The translations under genes and the position numbers were made by a program. 64,000 bases of DNA. Origin: a bacterium (GTDB lineage Bacteria; Patescibacteriota; Dojkabacteria; JAKAPS01; JAJZLI01). This document shows, piece by piece, positions 30,860 through 40,158 of this stretch. The DNA lies in contig JAKAWT010000001.1 in the NCBI GenBank assembly GCA_021816845.1, positions 6,087 through 70,086 on the forward strand, read 5' to 3'. The number at the start of each line of letters is the position of its first letter. Positions within the stretch are counted from its first letter, which is position 1. The notes under the pieces were generated by a model, which did no database searches, was not told the origin of the DNA, and saw only the letters and a list, made by a program, of their open reading frames with translations.

Positions 30860-31198
30860 CTGTGACTTATCCTCCTTTTAGTTGTAAAAGAACTTGCCGG
30901 ATTATACGTGTACCAATACTACTAACATTACTGTCATTTATATATGGTATACACAAAGTGCATTGTACTAAAAAATAAATTTATAATCAAATGTATAGTG
31001 TCTACATAAGTTGAGATACTAACCTTTTTTTTAAAACATTAGATTTTTTATACAATAATTAAATCCTATAGTGTAATAGGGAATAGGGTATGATTTTAAA
31101 AGCAGGGAGGGTTTATCAACTACATAAATTATACAAAAGAACAATATAAAATAACTGAGTATAATATTATTAGTGGGGGATAGGGTAGGGAGCCATAA

Positions 31199-33943
31199 TT
31201 AGATATTCTTTCCATGACAATTTTTATATTTTTTTCCAGAACCACAGAAACAAGGATCATTCCTTCCAATCTTACTTGCACCAGAAGGTAAATTGGATTT
31301 TTTAGTATTAGTCATTGTTACCTTACTATTATTTTGAGACAAATTAGCTTCTATCTTTTCCAAATTCTCCAACATTAATGGTTCCTGTACTTCTACTTTC
31401 TGGACGTAAAATACTCTTCTTGCAAATTCATACTCGACTGCATTAATGAATCTATCAAACATAGTAAACGCTTCCTGTTTATATGCAACTAGAGGATCAA
31501 CCTGAGCATATCCTTGTAACCCTATACTCTGTTTTAAATAATCCATAGCATCAATATGATCAGTCCAAAGGTAAGATAATACTTGTAGATAAGAATCCTT
31601 CATTATTTGTCTAAACACCTCCTTAGTAAATATCTCTTCTTGCATTGATAGTGCTTCTTCTACTATTTTCTTCAACTGATCCAAAAGATCTTCTTTAATG
31701 ATAACTTTAGATTTTATTGATTCTGATTGTCCAAACAATAAATCTTTCCAATCATTATATGAGATCCCTGATGATTTCAAAACTGTCTCAAAGATCTCTT
31801 TGGGGATAATCGCATATAAGTCATTTATTAAAGTTTCTAATTCTTCTTTAGTTATATCTTCATTTGGGGCTATAGATTCTACTATATTGGTAACTTGGAG
31901 ATTAATTTTATCCAGTACTTCTTTTTTATAGTCAAATTTTTCATCTTCCATATTGTTCAGAAATTTTTTCCTTTTTCTGAATACAACTTCTCTATGTTTA
32001 TTCATAACATCATCATAGTCAACAAGAGATTTTCTAGTATCAAAATTATATGCTTCTATCTTCTTTTGGGATGATTCAATCTGTTTAGAAATAATACCTG
32101 CTTCTATAGGAACATTTTCATCTACTTTCAAAGTAGAAAGAATTCTTGCTACAGACTCTCCTCCAAATATTCGCATTAAATCATCATCAAGTGACACGTA
32201 AAATCTAGCTGATCCAGGATCACCTTGTCTTCCAGTTCTACCTCTAAGCTGATTATCAATCCTTCTCGATTCATGCCTTTGAGTTCCTATAACATGTAAA
32301 CCCCCAAGTTCCTTAACACCTTCACCCAAAACTATATCAGTACCTCTTCCTGCCATATTAGTAGCTATAGTTACTTGTCCTTTTTCTCCAGCATGAGATA
32401 TTATTTCAGCTTCCTGTTCATGATATTTAGCGTTTAAAACAGTATGGGGAATACCTTCTTTAGAAAGTAGATTAGATAGATATTCAGATGTGTCCACAGA
32501 GGTTGTACCAACAAGTAGTGGTCTCTTTTTTTTATTATTTTCTTTGATTTCATCTATTACAGCTCTAAACTTAGCATCCTTATTTCTATATACCCTATCG
32601 GCATAATCTATCCTTATATTAGGTCTGTTAGGAGGTATAGCAATAACATCAAGATGATAAATCTTGAAAAATTCTTCAGCTTCTGTCATTGCTGTCCCAG
32701 TCATTCCTGCAAGGTATTTATATAATCTAAAGAAATTTTGGAAAGTTATCGTAGCTAAAGTTCTACTCTCTTGTAAAATTTCAACTCCCTCTTTAGCTTC
32801 TATTGCTTGATGAAGACCTTCTGAAAATCTTCTATCAGGCATTATTCTACCTGTAAATTCATCAACTATTATAACTTTTCCATCTTTTACAAGGTATTCA
32901 TCATCCTTAATGAAAAATGATTTAGCTTTTAAAGCATTTTCCAGATGATATGTGTTCTTATAATCACTCCATATATCATCAACATGCATAATCTTCTCTA
33001 TTTTGTCTATACCGTTTTCTGTCAAAGTTACAGACTGTATTTTCTCATCAAGAATATAATCATCTCCAACCTGTAATTGTTGCGCAATTTGGGCAAAACG
33101 TGTATATAAAGATACATCACTCTCAACTGGGTCAGATATAATTAATGGGGTTCTAGATTCATCAATTAATACTGAATCAGCTTCATCAACTATGCAAAAA
33201 AAGAGTTCTCTTTGAGAAAAATCAGATTTTGAATATACAAGATTATCTCTCAGATAATCAAATCCAAAATCATTATTTGTACCATATGTAATATCACATT
33301 CATATGCTTCTTTTTTTGTACATTCAAAAAGTTGTGCACCATGCATACTATTAAGCCTAAATCCTTCCTTTTTAAGTGAATCTATTTCAGACTCTGTTTT
33401 TCCATATTCTTTTAATTTATCTAAAGGAATAAACTTATATGTTTTATCAGAAGTAACAACTCCTACTGAGAGTCCTAAAAAAGAATAAATATGTCCACAC
33501 CATTCAGCATCTCTTTTTGCAAGATAATCATTAACAGTAACAATATGAGCTCCCTTTTTAAATAAAGCATATAAAGTCAGTGGTAGTGTAGCAACAAGAG
33601 TCTTTCCTTCTCCTGTTAAAAGCTCTACAAGCCTTCCTTGTGCCATGGCAAGACCAGCCATAAGCTGAACATCATAGTGCCTATGATTTAAAGACCTTTT
33701 AGCAGCTTCTCTCACTATTGCAAAAACTTCTGGAAAAAACTCATCTCTCATCCTCTCTATATCATCATCTTTAGTCTTAGAGAGTTTCTTTATTATATCT
33801 TGAATCTTAACTCTCATCTCATCATCAGATAATTTTGATACTTTATCCTCAAGATTATTTATAAGTATAATTTTTCCCTCAAGCCTTTTTACCTGTTTTT
33901 GATTGGAATCGAAAAATTTATTAAAAATAGACATAACAGTCAA
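31199..33943 (-). CDS. secA: Preprotein translocase subunit SecA
   Basis: TGEGKT, VTVNDYLA, DEADS, ATNMAGRGTD, GRQGDPG, SEC-C motif GRNDPCFCGSGKKYKNCH. Confidence 0.98.
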   Translation of the reverse strand: MTVMSIFNKFFDSNQKQVKRLEGKIILINNLEDKVSKLSDDEMRVKIQDIIKKLSKTKDDDIERMRDEFFPEVFAIVREAAKRSLNHRHYDVQLMAGLAMAQGRLVELLTGEGKTLVATLPLTLYALFKKGAHIVTVNDYLAKRDAEWCGHIYSFLGLSVGVVTSDKTYKFIPLDKLKEYGKTESEIDSLKKEGFRLNSMHGAQLFECTKKEAYECDITYGTNNDFGFDYLRDNLVYSKSDFSQRELFFCIVDEADSVLIDESRTPLIISDPVESDVSLYTRFAQIAQQLQVGDDYILDEKIQSVTLTENGIDKIEKIMHVDDIWSDYKNTYHLENALKAKSFFIKDDEYLVKDGKVIIVDEFTGRIMPDRRFSEGLHQAIEAKEGVEILQESRTLATITFQNFFRLYKYLAGMTGTAMTEAEEFFKIYHLDVIAIPPNRPNIRIDYADRVYRNKDAKFRAVIDEIKENNKKKRPLLVGTTSVDTSEYLSNLLSKEGIPHTVLNAKYHEQEAEIISHAGEKGQVTIATNMAGRGTDIVLGEGVKELGGLHVIGTQRHESRRIDNQLRGRTGRQGDPGSARFYVSLDDDLMRIFGGESVARILSTLKVDENVPIEAGIISKQIESSQKKIEAYNFDTRKSLVDYDDVMNKHREVVFRKRKKFLNNMEDEKFDYKKEVLDKINLQVTNIVESIAPNEDITKEELETLINDLYAIIPKEIFETVLKSSGISYNDWKDLLFGQSESIKSKVIIKEDLLDQLKKIVEEALSMQEEIFTKEVFRQIMKDSYLQVLSYLWTDHIDAMDYLKQSIGLQGYAQVDPLVAYKQEAFTMFDRFINAVEYEFARRVFYVQKVEVQEPLMLENLEKIEANLSQNNSKVTMTNTKKSNLPSGASKIGRNDPCFCGSGKKYKNCHGKNI

Positions 33944-33952
33944 CCAATGTAT

Positions 33953-34438
33953 CTAATTTTCTATACTTAATATAGTATATTCTACTATATCATCACCCAC
34001 GGTTACATTAACACTATCCCCTTTCTTTTTTTTAACTAAAGCTGCTCCTATAGGAGAATCAACTGATATTTTACCCTCCATAGGGTTACTCTCTGAAACA
34101 CCTACCATTATAAGTGTCTTTTCACCTTTATCTGATTTTACAACAATTTTAGAACCTATTTGGACTATATTGTCATCTCCTCTATCTGTTGCAATAACAT
34201 AGTTTTTTAGTATATCTTCAATCTCACTTATCCTAGCCTCGTTAAGCTCTCTCTCAAGCATAGCAGCAGAGTATGCACCATTTTCAGATAAATCACCTTC
34301 TAAACGTGCTCTATTAATATCATCATTAATACTTTTTCTTTGTATATTAACTTTATTACTGTATTCCTCTTTTAGAGCCTCCAGTCCTTTTTTAGTTAAT
34401 AAAAATTTGTTAGAAAAATCTCTGTTTTTCTTTATCAT
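33953..34438 (-). CDS. greA: Transcription elongation factor GreA
   Basis: GDLSENGAY, ISVDSPIGAAL. Confidence 0.93.
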   Translation of the reverse strand: MIKKNRDFSNKFLLTKKGLEALKEEYSNKVNIQRKSINDDINRARLEGDLSENGAYSAAMLERELNEARISEIEDILKNYVIATDRGDDNIVQIGSKIVVKSDKGEKTLIMVGVSESNPMEGKISVDSPIGAALVKKKKGDSVNVTVGDDIVEYTILSIEN

Positions 34439-34569
34439 AACACTTAATTATATAAATCAATAGGAAAAATAAGCCTCCTTCTAAATAAGCTTACTTGTAA
34501 TGTACGATTGTAGCATAAATAGTAATATTTTCATATATCAAAAATACTATTATTATAGGTGTATACAAC

Positions 34570-35544
34570 TTAATAGTGATATGCCAATCCTGCTACAGTG
34601 ACAGCATTATCTGTACATAATTCTATTGGAGGGAAATACAGGCTAAATTCATCCCTGTACTTTTCAAATTCTTTTCTTATCCTTAAATTTGCAGCAACCC
34701 CTCCAGCTATTGTGATTGTATTTATATTAAGAGTTCTTGCTGCTTTTATAGTTTTCCTAACTAATATATCTGCAACTGCAAACTGAAATGATGCAAGTAC
34801 ATCTTCCCTATTTACACCTTTATGACTTTTCATATAATATAATACTGACGTTTTCAACCCTGAGAATGAGAAATTAAAATCATTAGATCCTATCATTGGC
34901 CTTGGAAAATCTACAAAATTTTCATTACCAGAATCAGATATCTTTGATATATGTGGTCCTCCAGGATAAGGTAGTCCAAACATTCTTGCAACCTTATCAA
35001 ATGCCTCCCCTGCTGCATCATCAACAGTTTGACCTATAACTTCCATGGATGTTGCTGATAATACTTTTATTATCTGAGTATGACCTCCAGATATTAGTAG
35101 AGAAATATGTGGAAACTCTATATTAGGATTTGTTAGAATATTAGCATATACATGAGCATATAAATGATTAATATTAACAATTGGTAAACCTTTTGTCTTG
35201 GATCTAGATCCCCAGGATCCAGATCCCTTGGGTCTAGACCCCTTGGCAAAGCCATGGGCAAAAGAAACCCCTACTAATAAGGCTGGAACCAATCCTGGAT
35301 TCAGGGTTACAGCTATCTTTGAAATTTCAATATTAGAATTTCTATTTATTATCTTATCAATTAATAGTGGTAAAACTTCAATATGCATTCTTGAGGCTTT
35401 TTCAGGAACAACTCCACCAGTATCAACATGATCTTGAGAAGATAACAGAGAATCTATTATCACAAAACCATTCTTTACTATTGCAACTCCAGTATCATCA
35501 CAAGATGTTTCAATGCCTAATATATTAATATCACTTTTTTTCAT
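34570..35544 (-). CDS. tsaD: tRNA N6-adenosine threonylcarbamoyltransferase
   Basis: GIETSCDDT, HLYAH, SGGHT, DDAAGEAFDK, TDNA. Confidence 0.96.
   Translation of the reverse strand: MKKSDINILGIETSCDDTGVAIVKNGFVIIDSLLSSQDHVDTGGVVPEKASRMHIEVLPLLIDKIINRNSNIEISKIAVTLNPGLVPALLVGVSFAHGFAKGSRPKGSGSWGSRSKTKGLPIVNINHLYAHVYANILTNPNIEFPHISLLISGGHTQIIKVLSATSMEVIGQTVDDAAGEAFDKVARMFGLPYPGGPHISKISDSGNENFVDFPRPMIGSNDFNFSFSGLKTSVLYYMKSHKGVNREDVLASFQFAVADILVRKTIKAARTLNINTITIAGGVAANLRIRKEFEKYRDEFSLYFPPIELCTDNAVTVAGLAYHY
35200..35241. repeat. Three tandem 15-bp-period palindromic units inside tsaD
   Basis: GGATCTAGATCC-cca-GGATCCAGATCC-ctt-GGGTCTAGACCC. Confidence 0.92.
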
Positions 35545-36056
35545 AATGTTTTTATGTATAGAGGAAGTACATATAAAGGATCATCAAATTCTCTACTCTT
35601 TATTTTCCTTTTTATAATTTTAAAAAAAATATTATAATCTAGCTCAATAGGTATAAATTCCTCATCATGTATAATTTCATAACCTTTAACGTTGGATCTA
35701 GATTCTGAGGATTTAGATCCATTTTTTATAAATATATTTCCCCTTCCTGCAGATACAATCTCAGGCTTTCCCATTTCTTTGAGTACATCAAATGATGATA
35801 TAGCCACAATAGGAGTTTTCCTTGCAAGTGAGTATCCTTTAACATAAGCTAGAGATGCTCTAGTACTTGTAAAAGAACCAGGCCCTTTATTAATACCTAT
35901 AAATCTCACGTTACCAAACACATCGAAAATATTGTCTAGAGATAAGAATACATTATTAAGTTCACCTTCAAACTTTTTTTCAACCTTATCATCCTTATAT
36001 AAAAAACATTTTAGTTTATCTTTTGTAGCATCAATTATTAAGATTTCCATATTCAA
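35541..36056 (-). CDS. tsaB: tRNA threonylcarbamoyladenosine biosynthesis protein TsaB
   Basis: GPGSFTSTR, C-terminal PLYI; lies between tsaE and tsaD. Confidence 0.9.
   Translation of the reverse strand: MNMEILIIDATKDKLKCFLYKDDKVEKKFEGELNNVFLSLDNIFDVFGNVRFIGINKGPGSFTSTRASLAYVKGYSLARKTPIVAISSFDVLKEMGKPEIVSAGRGNIFIKNGSKSSESRSNVKGYEIIHDEEFIPIELDYNIFFKIIKRKIKSREFDDPLYVLPLYIKTL
35694..35720. repeat. Two 15-bp-period palindromic units inside tsaB
   Basis: GGATCTAGATTC-tga-GGATTTAGATCC. Confidence 0.85.
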
Positions 36057-36528
36057 CCTCTATTTCCCTAACATTATTACTTCTAGAACCATATGATTCC
36101 AATTGTACATGTTTAAAATATATTTTTATAATTTCACCCTGATTGGAGAATTTTGATCCTAAAGATGCAGATTTAAGACTATCTATAATATGATTAAATT
36201 TATCTGCCCACTCAATAATTACCACACCATGCCCCAAAACATCATAAAAATCTACTCTCTCCAAATCCTCTGGATCATCTAACCTATACCAGTCAAAATG
36301 ATATAGAAACATACCATTATTTTCATGATCTGCCCTTATTATAAAGGTAGGAGATGTTATCTCGTCTTCGAACCCTAATGATTTAGCTAACATTTTTGTA
36401 AATGTAGTTTTACCTGCCCCTAGATCCCCGTATAAACATAAAATTTCATTACCCTTTATGCTCTTTGCTAATTTTTCTGCAACTCTATTTGTATCAGAAA
36501 CATCTTCTGATTTATATTTCATTATCAT
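36031..36528 (-). CDS. tsaE: tRNA threonylcarbamoyladenosine biosynthesis ATPase TsaE
   Basis: GDLGAGKT, SPTF, HFDWYRL, IIEW. Confidence 0.95.
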   Translation of the reverse strand: MIMKYKSEDVSDTNRVAEKLAKSIKGNEILCLYGDLGAGKTTFTKMLAKSLGFEDEITSPTFIIRADHENNGMFLYHFDWYRLDDPEDLERVDFYDVLGHGVVIIEWADKFNHIIDSLKSASLGSKFSNQGEIIKIYFKHVQLESYGSRSNNVREIEVEYGNLNN

Positions 36529-36635
36529 ATAAAAACAAATTAAACCTTATTATACTATAAAAGTATCACATCAATACAATTATTAGTAAAATAAATTAAT
36601 AGGATATTTCAGAACTAAAGAATTATTTTGATAAT

Positions 36636-37067
36636 TCAATACCTTTTTAAATTTCTATTTATAATTCTCTGCAATATAGTATTCCCATACTTATACCTAT
36701 TCAAATTTCCCAAAGATAAATTAATTTCATCCTTTATATTTTTTGGGATCTCATTCCATGATTTTATATCTGTTTTTTTTAAGACTAAATTTTCAGCTAA
36801 TATATTAGCTTCTCCTTTATTGATTTTTAATTTTAAAAGAATACTGACTACCTCACTACGAACTTTTAAAAGTCTATACATGTACCTAAATTCATAAAAC
36901 AACTTTGTTGTGTAAAAAGCTATAAAAAGTACAATAGCAACGTAAATTACAGACAAATAAAAATTTAGGTGTACTACACTCTCATATGCATTATATGTAA
37001 AATATATTCCTACTACTATGAGAGCAAATAATATAAGGGATTTAATTCTTTGATCGTTTTTGCTCAT
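36636..37067 (-). CDS. 2-TM hypothetical protein, last gene of the cytochrome b module
   Basis: Overlaps the upstream gene; two TMs and a basic tail. Confidence 0.65.
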   Translation of the reverse strand: MSKNDQRIKSLILFALIVVGIYFTYNAYESVVHLNFYLSVIYVAIVLFIAFYTTKLFYEFRYMYRLLKVRSEVVSILLKLKINKGEANILAENLVLKKTDIKSWNEIPKNIKDEINLSLGNLNRYKYGNTILQRIINRNLKRY

Positions 37068-38028
37068 TATAGAACCTTCTCCATATAATCTTATACACTG
37101 GTATTATGTATGGTATCCTACGTAACCCAGGAATTAGGGGTAGAAATGTAATGATTGCAATCAGCAGAGAGAAAGTTGCAAAGGCCATAAGATCTGCTGC
37201 TGGTGAATTAGCATAAAAAGGTGTTTGGTATAAAGATGTATAAAATACAAGCCACCAAGGACCAGGATAAGGACCAGTTTCTTTTAATATACCCCACTCT
37301 CCTCCAAGCATATTTAGACTCGCAGCCTTAGCTTGCAGTGGTGCTCCTTGAAGGAATAGTAATCTATTTTGTTCATTATAGGTATATACTCCATTATTAT
37401 CTACATTTTCTCTTGTCAATGCTCTTGAGAACAAACCACTTTGTCCTAATTTTAAAAGTTCATTTAACATTTGTACTACTGGTCCATAGTTACCATTAGG
37501 AAATATAACAAGCCCATCTTCATATCTAGCATTAGGAAGAGCTTTTAGGGTATTCTGTTCCCAAATATTTTGTTGTCTTTTTGTTGCATTATTATATTCG
37601 TTAAGTATTAAACTGATGTTAGGGTTAATACTTGATTCCATCTGCAATGGAATTATCACAAAATCATTTTTTGTATTAATTGGCAATGTTACTCCTTCAA
37701 TACCTCCAGGCGATATTGGCCCTATATTTTGCGCTGTGCCATTGTTATTAAATGGAGGTCCATATGTTGCAATCGCACTTGTACCCATAAGATCATGTAG
37801 TGTAGTTGTAACAAAACCAATTGGGTGATTTTTAGCATACCCTCTAACTGATAAAGGTGGGGTATTAGGAGATTTTAGAAATATAGAAAGCAGTATAACT
37901 AAAACTATAATCGCAATAAAGCTCACAGATGCTTCTTTCACTAAATCTGATTCTTTCAAACCTATATTTTGTGAATCTAGACTCCTTGAGTCAAGACTCT
38001 TTGTATCAACATTTCTATTATCCATCAT
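37042..38028 (-). CDS. Cytochrome b-associated membrane protein (2 TM, large extracytoplasmic domain)
   Basis: Overlaps the cytochrome b gene; YGPPFN, PGPWWL.FYT, LPLIPGLRRIP. Confidence 0.7.
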   Translation of the reverse strand: MMDNRNVDTKSLDSRSLDSQNIGLKESDLVKEASVSFIAIIVLVILLSIFLKSPNTPPLSVRGYAKNHPIGFVTTTLHDLMGTSAIATYGPPFNNNGTAQNIGPISPGGIEGVTLPINTKNDFVIIPLQMESSINPNISLILNEYNNATKRQQNIWEQNTLKALPNARYEDGLVIFPNGNYGPVVQMLNELLKLGQSGLFSRALTRENVDNNGVYTYNEQNRLLFLQGAPLQAKAASLNMLGGEWGILKETGPYPGPWWLVFYTSLYQTPFYANSPAADLMAFATFSLLIAIITFLPLIPGLRRIPYIIPVYKIIWRRFYNEQKRSKN

Positions 38029-38611
38029 AACCTATTGGAGGTACAACATTTTTGCTCCTTATAAAATATAAATGTATCACTAAAAGCAAAATTAAAACTA
38101 AAGGTAGAATTACTACATGCAATCCATATACCTGACCGTTATCTAATATATTAAAAAAGAATGTCGCTCCTATAGCATTCATAGCGTCTTTAGCTTGTAC
38201 CTGATTCCATTGGGCAAAAAACCCTCCTCCCATTAAATATCCCATAAAAGCTTCAAACATAGATATACCAAATAGTAAGGATCCACTTATCCATGTAATT
38301 ATTCTTCCTTTTCTCCATCCTGCTATAAAAAAATTTGTAAGAAAATGTACTGTCATAAAGAAAAAGAAAACTTGGGCTGCCCAAAAATGCATAGACCTAA
38401 AAAAGAATCCTATTTGTGAGTATTGATACCATATAGGACCTTCATAAACCATAATAATTCCTGTAATTATAAGTGTCACAAAACAAGCAAGGGTCAAAGA
38501 TCCAAACATATAAACAAATGAAGATACATATATTGGTAATTCTTCTGGAAGGAGTGTGTCTGGGTCTAAATCTTTTTTTATTCTTTTTTTAAGTTCACTT
38601 GTCAGATTCAT
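38018..38611 (-). CDS. Cytochrome b/b6 N-terminal domain protein
   Basis: ITGI, RSMHFW, VHF, TWISG, FMGYL, GLHV, IHL: four heme-b ligand His. Confidence 0.88.
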   Translation of the reverse strand: MNLTSELKKRIKKDLDPDTLLPEELPIYVSSFVYMFGSLTLACFVTLIITGIIMVYEGPIWYQYSQIGFFFRSMHFWAAQVFFFFMTVHFLTNFFIAGWRKGRIITWISGSLLFGISMFEAFMGYLMGGGFFAQWNQVQAKDAMNAIGATFFFNILDNGQVYGLHVVILPLVLILLLVIHLYFIRSKNVVPPIGYDG

Positions 38612-38729
38612 TCTCTTTCTTTTTTGATTTCTTGCTTTCGAATGATGGATATGGAAGAATTATTGCTACTATAAATACAACTATCAATAATCCATATATA
38701 AAAATATCTATAGCTAAAGACGACGTCAT
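38595..38729 (-). CDS. 44-aa single-TM protein (absent from the ORF track), first gene of the cytochrome b module
   Basis: MTSSLAIDIFIYGLLIVVFIVAIILPYPSFESKKSKKKENESDK; overlaps the cytochrome b start. Confidence 0.55.
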   Translation of the reverse strand: MTSSLAIDIFIYGLLIVVFIVAIILPYPSFESKKSKKKENESDK

Positions 38730-38793
38730 AATAGAGTTACATTACTATCAATTATGAGTTTTGTCAATAATAAATCTGAGAGTAATTAGAATC

Positions 38794-39348
38794 CTAATTT
38801 TTAAATGCAATAATTTGATAAAAATTTTCTGATATATCTTGTACTTTAATATCTGAAAAATTGGTTCTTTTTAATAGCTCTTCTGCCTCAGTTTCAGATA
38901 ATCTTATACTCAATGGAGGTCCCATTTTTGTATCTTTCTTCTTCCAATCAAAATCAACTAATTTACCTTTATTTTTTAACATTGAAAAAGAGTTTTGTAA
39001 AACTTTAAAAGGGTCTTTAAAATCATGTAATACTGTACCAAGGAAAATAATGTCTGCAATATTTTCTCCCCCTAAAAAATTCTCACCCTCTGATATAACA
39101 GTCTCTATATTATTAATACCATTATCCATAATTTTATTTTTGAGTCTCTCTATAGCAGTAGAATCTATATCAATAGCATAAACCTTACCATTTAACCCCA
39201 CTATTTTAGATGCAGGAACAGAGAAAAATCCATCGTTTGATCCTATATCTATAAAGGTATACCCCTCTTTTAAACCTATACTTTTAAGTATTTTAAAAGG
39301 GTCTTGAATCTTTAATCTTATCTCTTCGTTATATTGGAATTTATGCAT
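38794..39348 (-). CDS. Class I SAM-dependent methyltransferase
   Basis: IDIGSNDGFF, VYAIDI, VLHD, DWKK...GPP. Confidence 0.88.
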   Translation of the reverse strand: MHKFQYNEEIRLKIQDPFKILKSIGLKEGYTFIDIGSNDGFFSVPASKIVGLNGKVYAIDIDSTAIERLKNKIMDNGINNIETVISEGENFLGGENIADIIFLGTVLHDFKDPFKVLQNSFSMLKNKGKLVDFDWKKKDTKMGPPLSIRLSETEAEELLKRTNFSDIKVQDISENFYQIIAFKN

Positions 39349-39450
39349 TTTGTATTGTATGAAGTATCGTCATAGTAGATAGAGAACATTAATATTAAAT
39401 TAATAAAAAAATTTGTACAAAAACTATAGGTTATGGCATAGTTTGTACTT

Positions 39451-39978
39451 ATGGAAATTAATCAAATACAAAATAACGAAACCTTAGAAGAAACATTACC
39501 AGGAGTAATAATGCTCATGGGAAAAGGAGACCCTTGGAAAGATGAAGCTGAAATGGCTGCACTAAGATCAATGGCAACATCAACAGCACTGCTATGGCAC
39601 TTAGCTCCAGATTCAAGAAAGCCATATATACTGTCAACCGCAGCTAATATTGAAGATAGTGATAACCCTCAATGTCAAGAATACTCAGATGTTTTATCAT
39701 CGCAACTTTTAGATCTTGGATCTGGATCCCTTGGAATAGATCCTAAATATTTTATTTTTAGAGATTGAGCATTTGAGACAAACATAGAATTAAGGCTTCT
39801 AAGGAGATTATACCTTTCTCATTTTAAAGGCACAGGTAAAGGAAGAATAGAAATTGTGGCATTCCATAATAAGGAAAGAGTGAAGAAATTATTATCTTTT
39901 CTAAGTACTCAAGATAAAGATATTCCTGGAGAAATAATAGAAGAAAAACATATAGAAGAAAGGCTATTGATATGGTAA
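39451..39978 (+). pseudogene. Hypothetical, weakly YdcF/DUF218-like gene interrupted by an in-frame TGA at 39766-39768
   Basis: The frame stays open for 69 more sense codons after the TGA (AFETNIEL...IVAFHNKERV...LLIW) to TAA 39978. Confidence 0.55.
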
Positions 39979-40025
39979 ACCAATTATCTAAAATATGAAA
40001 TAACTACAGTATTTGTAGTATTAAT

Positions 40026-40099
40026 TGACCTTGGCGGGATTCGAACCCGCGATCTTTAGGATGAGAACCTAATATCCTAGACCACTAGACGACAAGGCC
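40026..40099 (-). tRNA. tRNA-Glu (anticodon CTC), CCA not encoded
   Basis: Acceptor GGCCTTG/CAAGGTC, anticodon arm TTAGG-TTCTCAT-CCTAA, T arm GCGGG-TTCGAAT-CCCGC. Confidence 0.96.
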
Positions 40100-40158
40100 A
40101 TATTGAAGATTATATATTAAGAATAATGTTTTGTGAAATCAATTGGTATTCAATATTC

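Noticed and set aside
31174-31192. G-rich tract GGGGGATAGGGTAGGG after the secA stop as a G-quadruplex or regulatory site
   Set aside because: It has only three clear G3 runs and no other support, though it is unusual for such AT-rich DNA.
39980-40030. Prophage or island integrated at tRNA-Glu
   Set aside because: I found no duplicated tRNA 3' end and no integrase, although accessory genes (36636-39978) do lie next to the tRNA 3' end.
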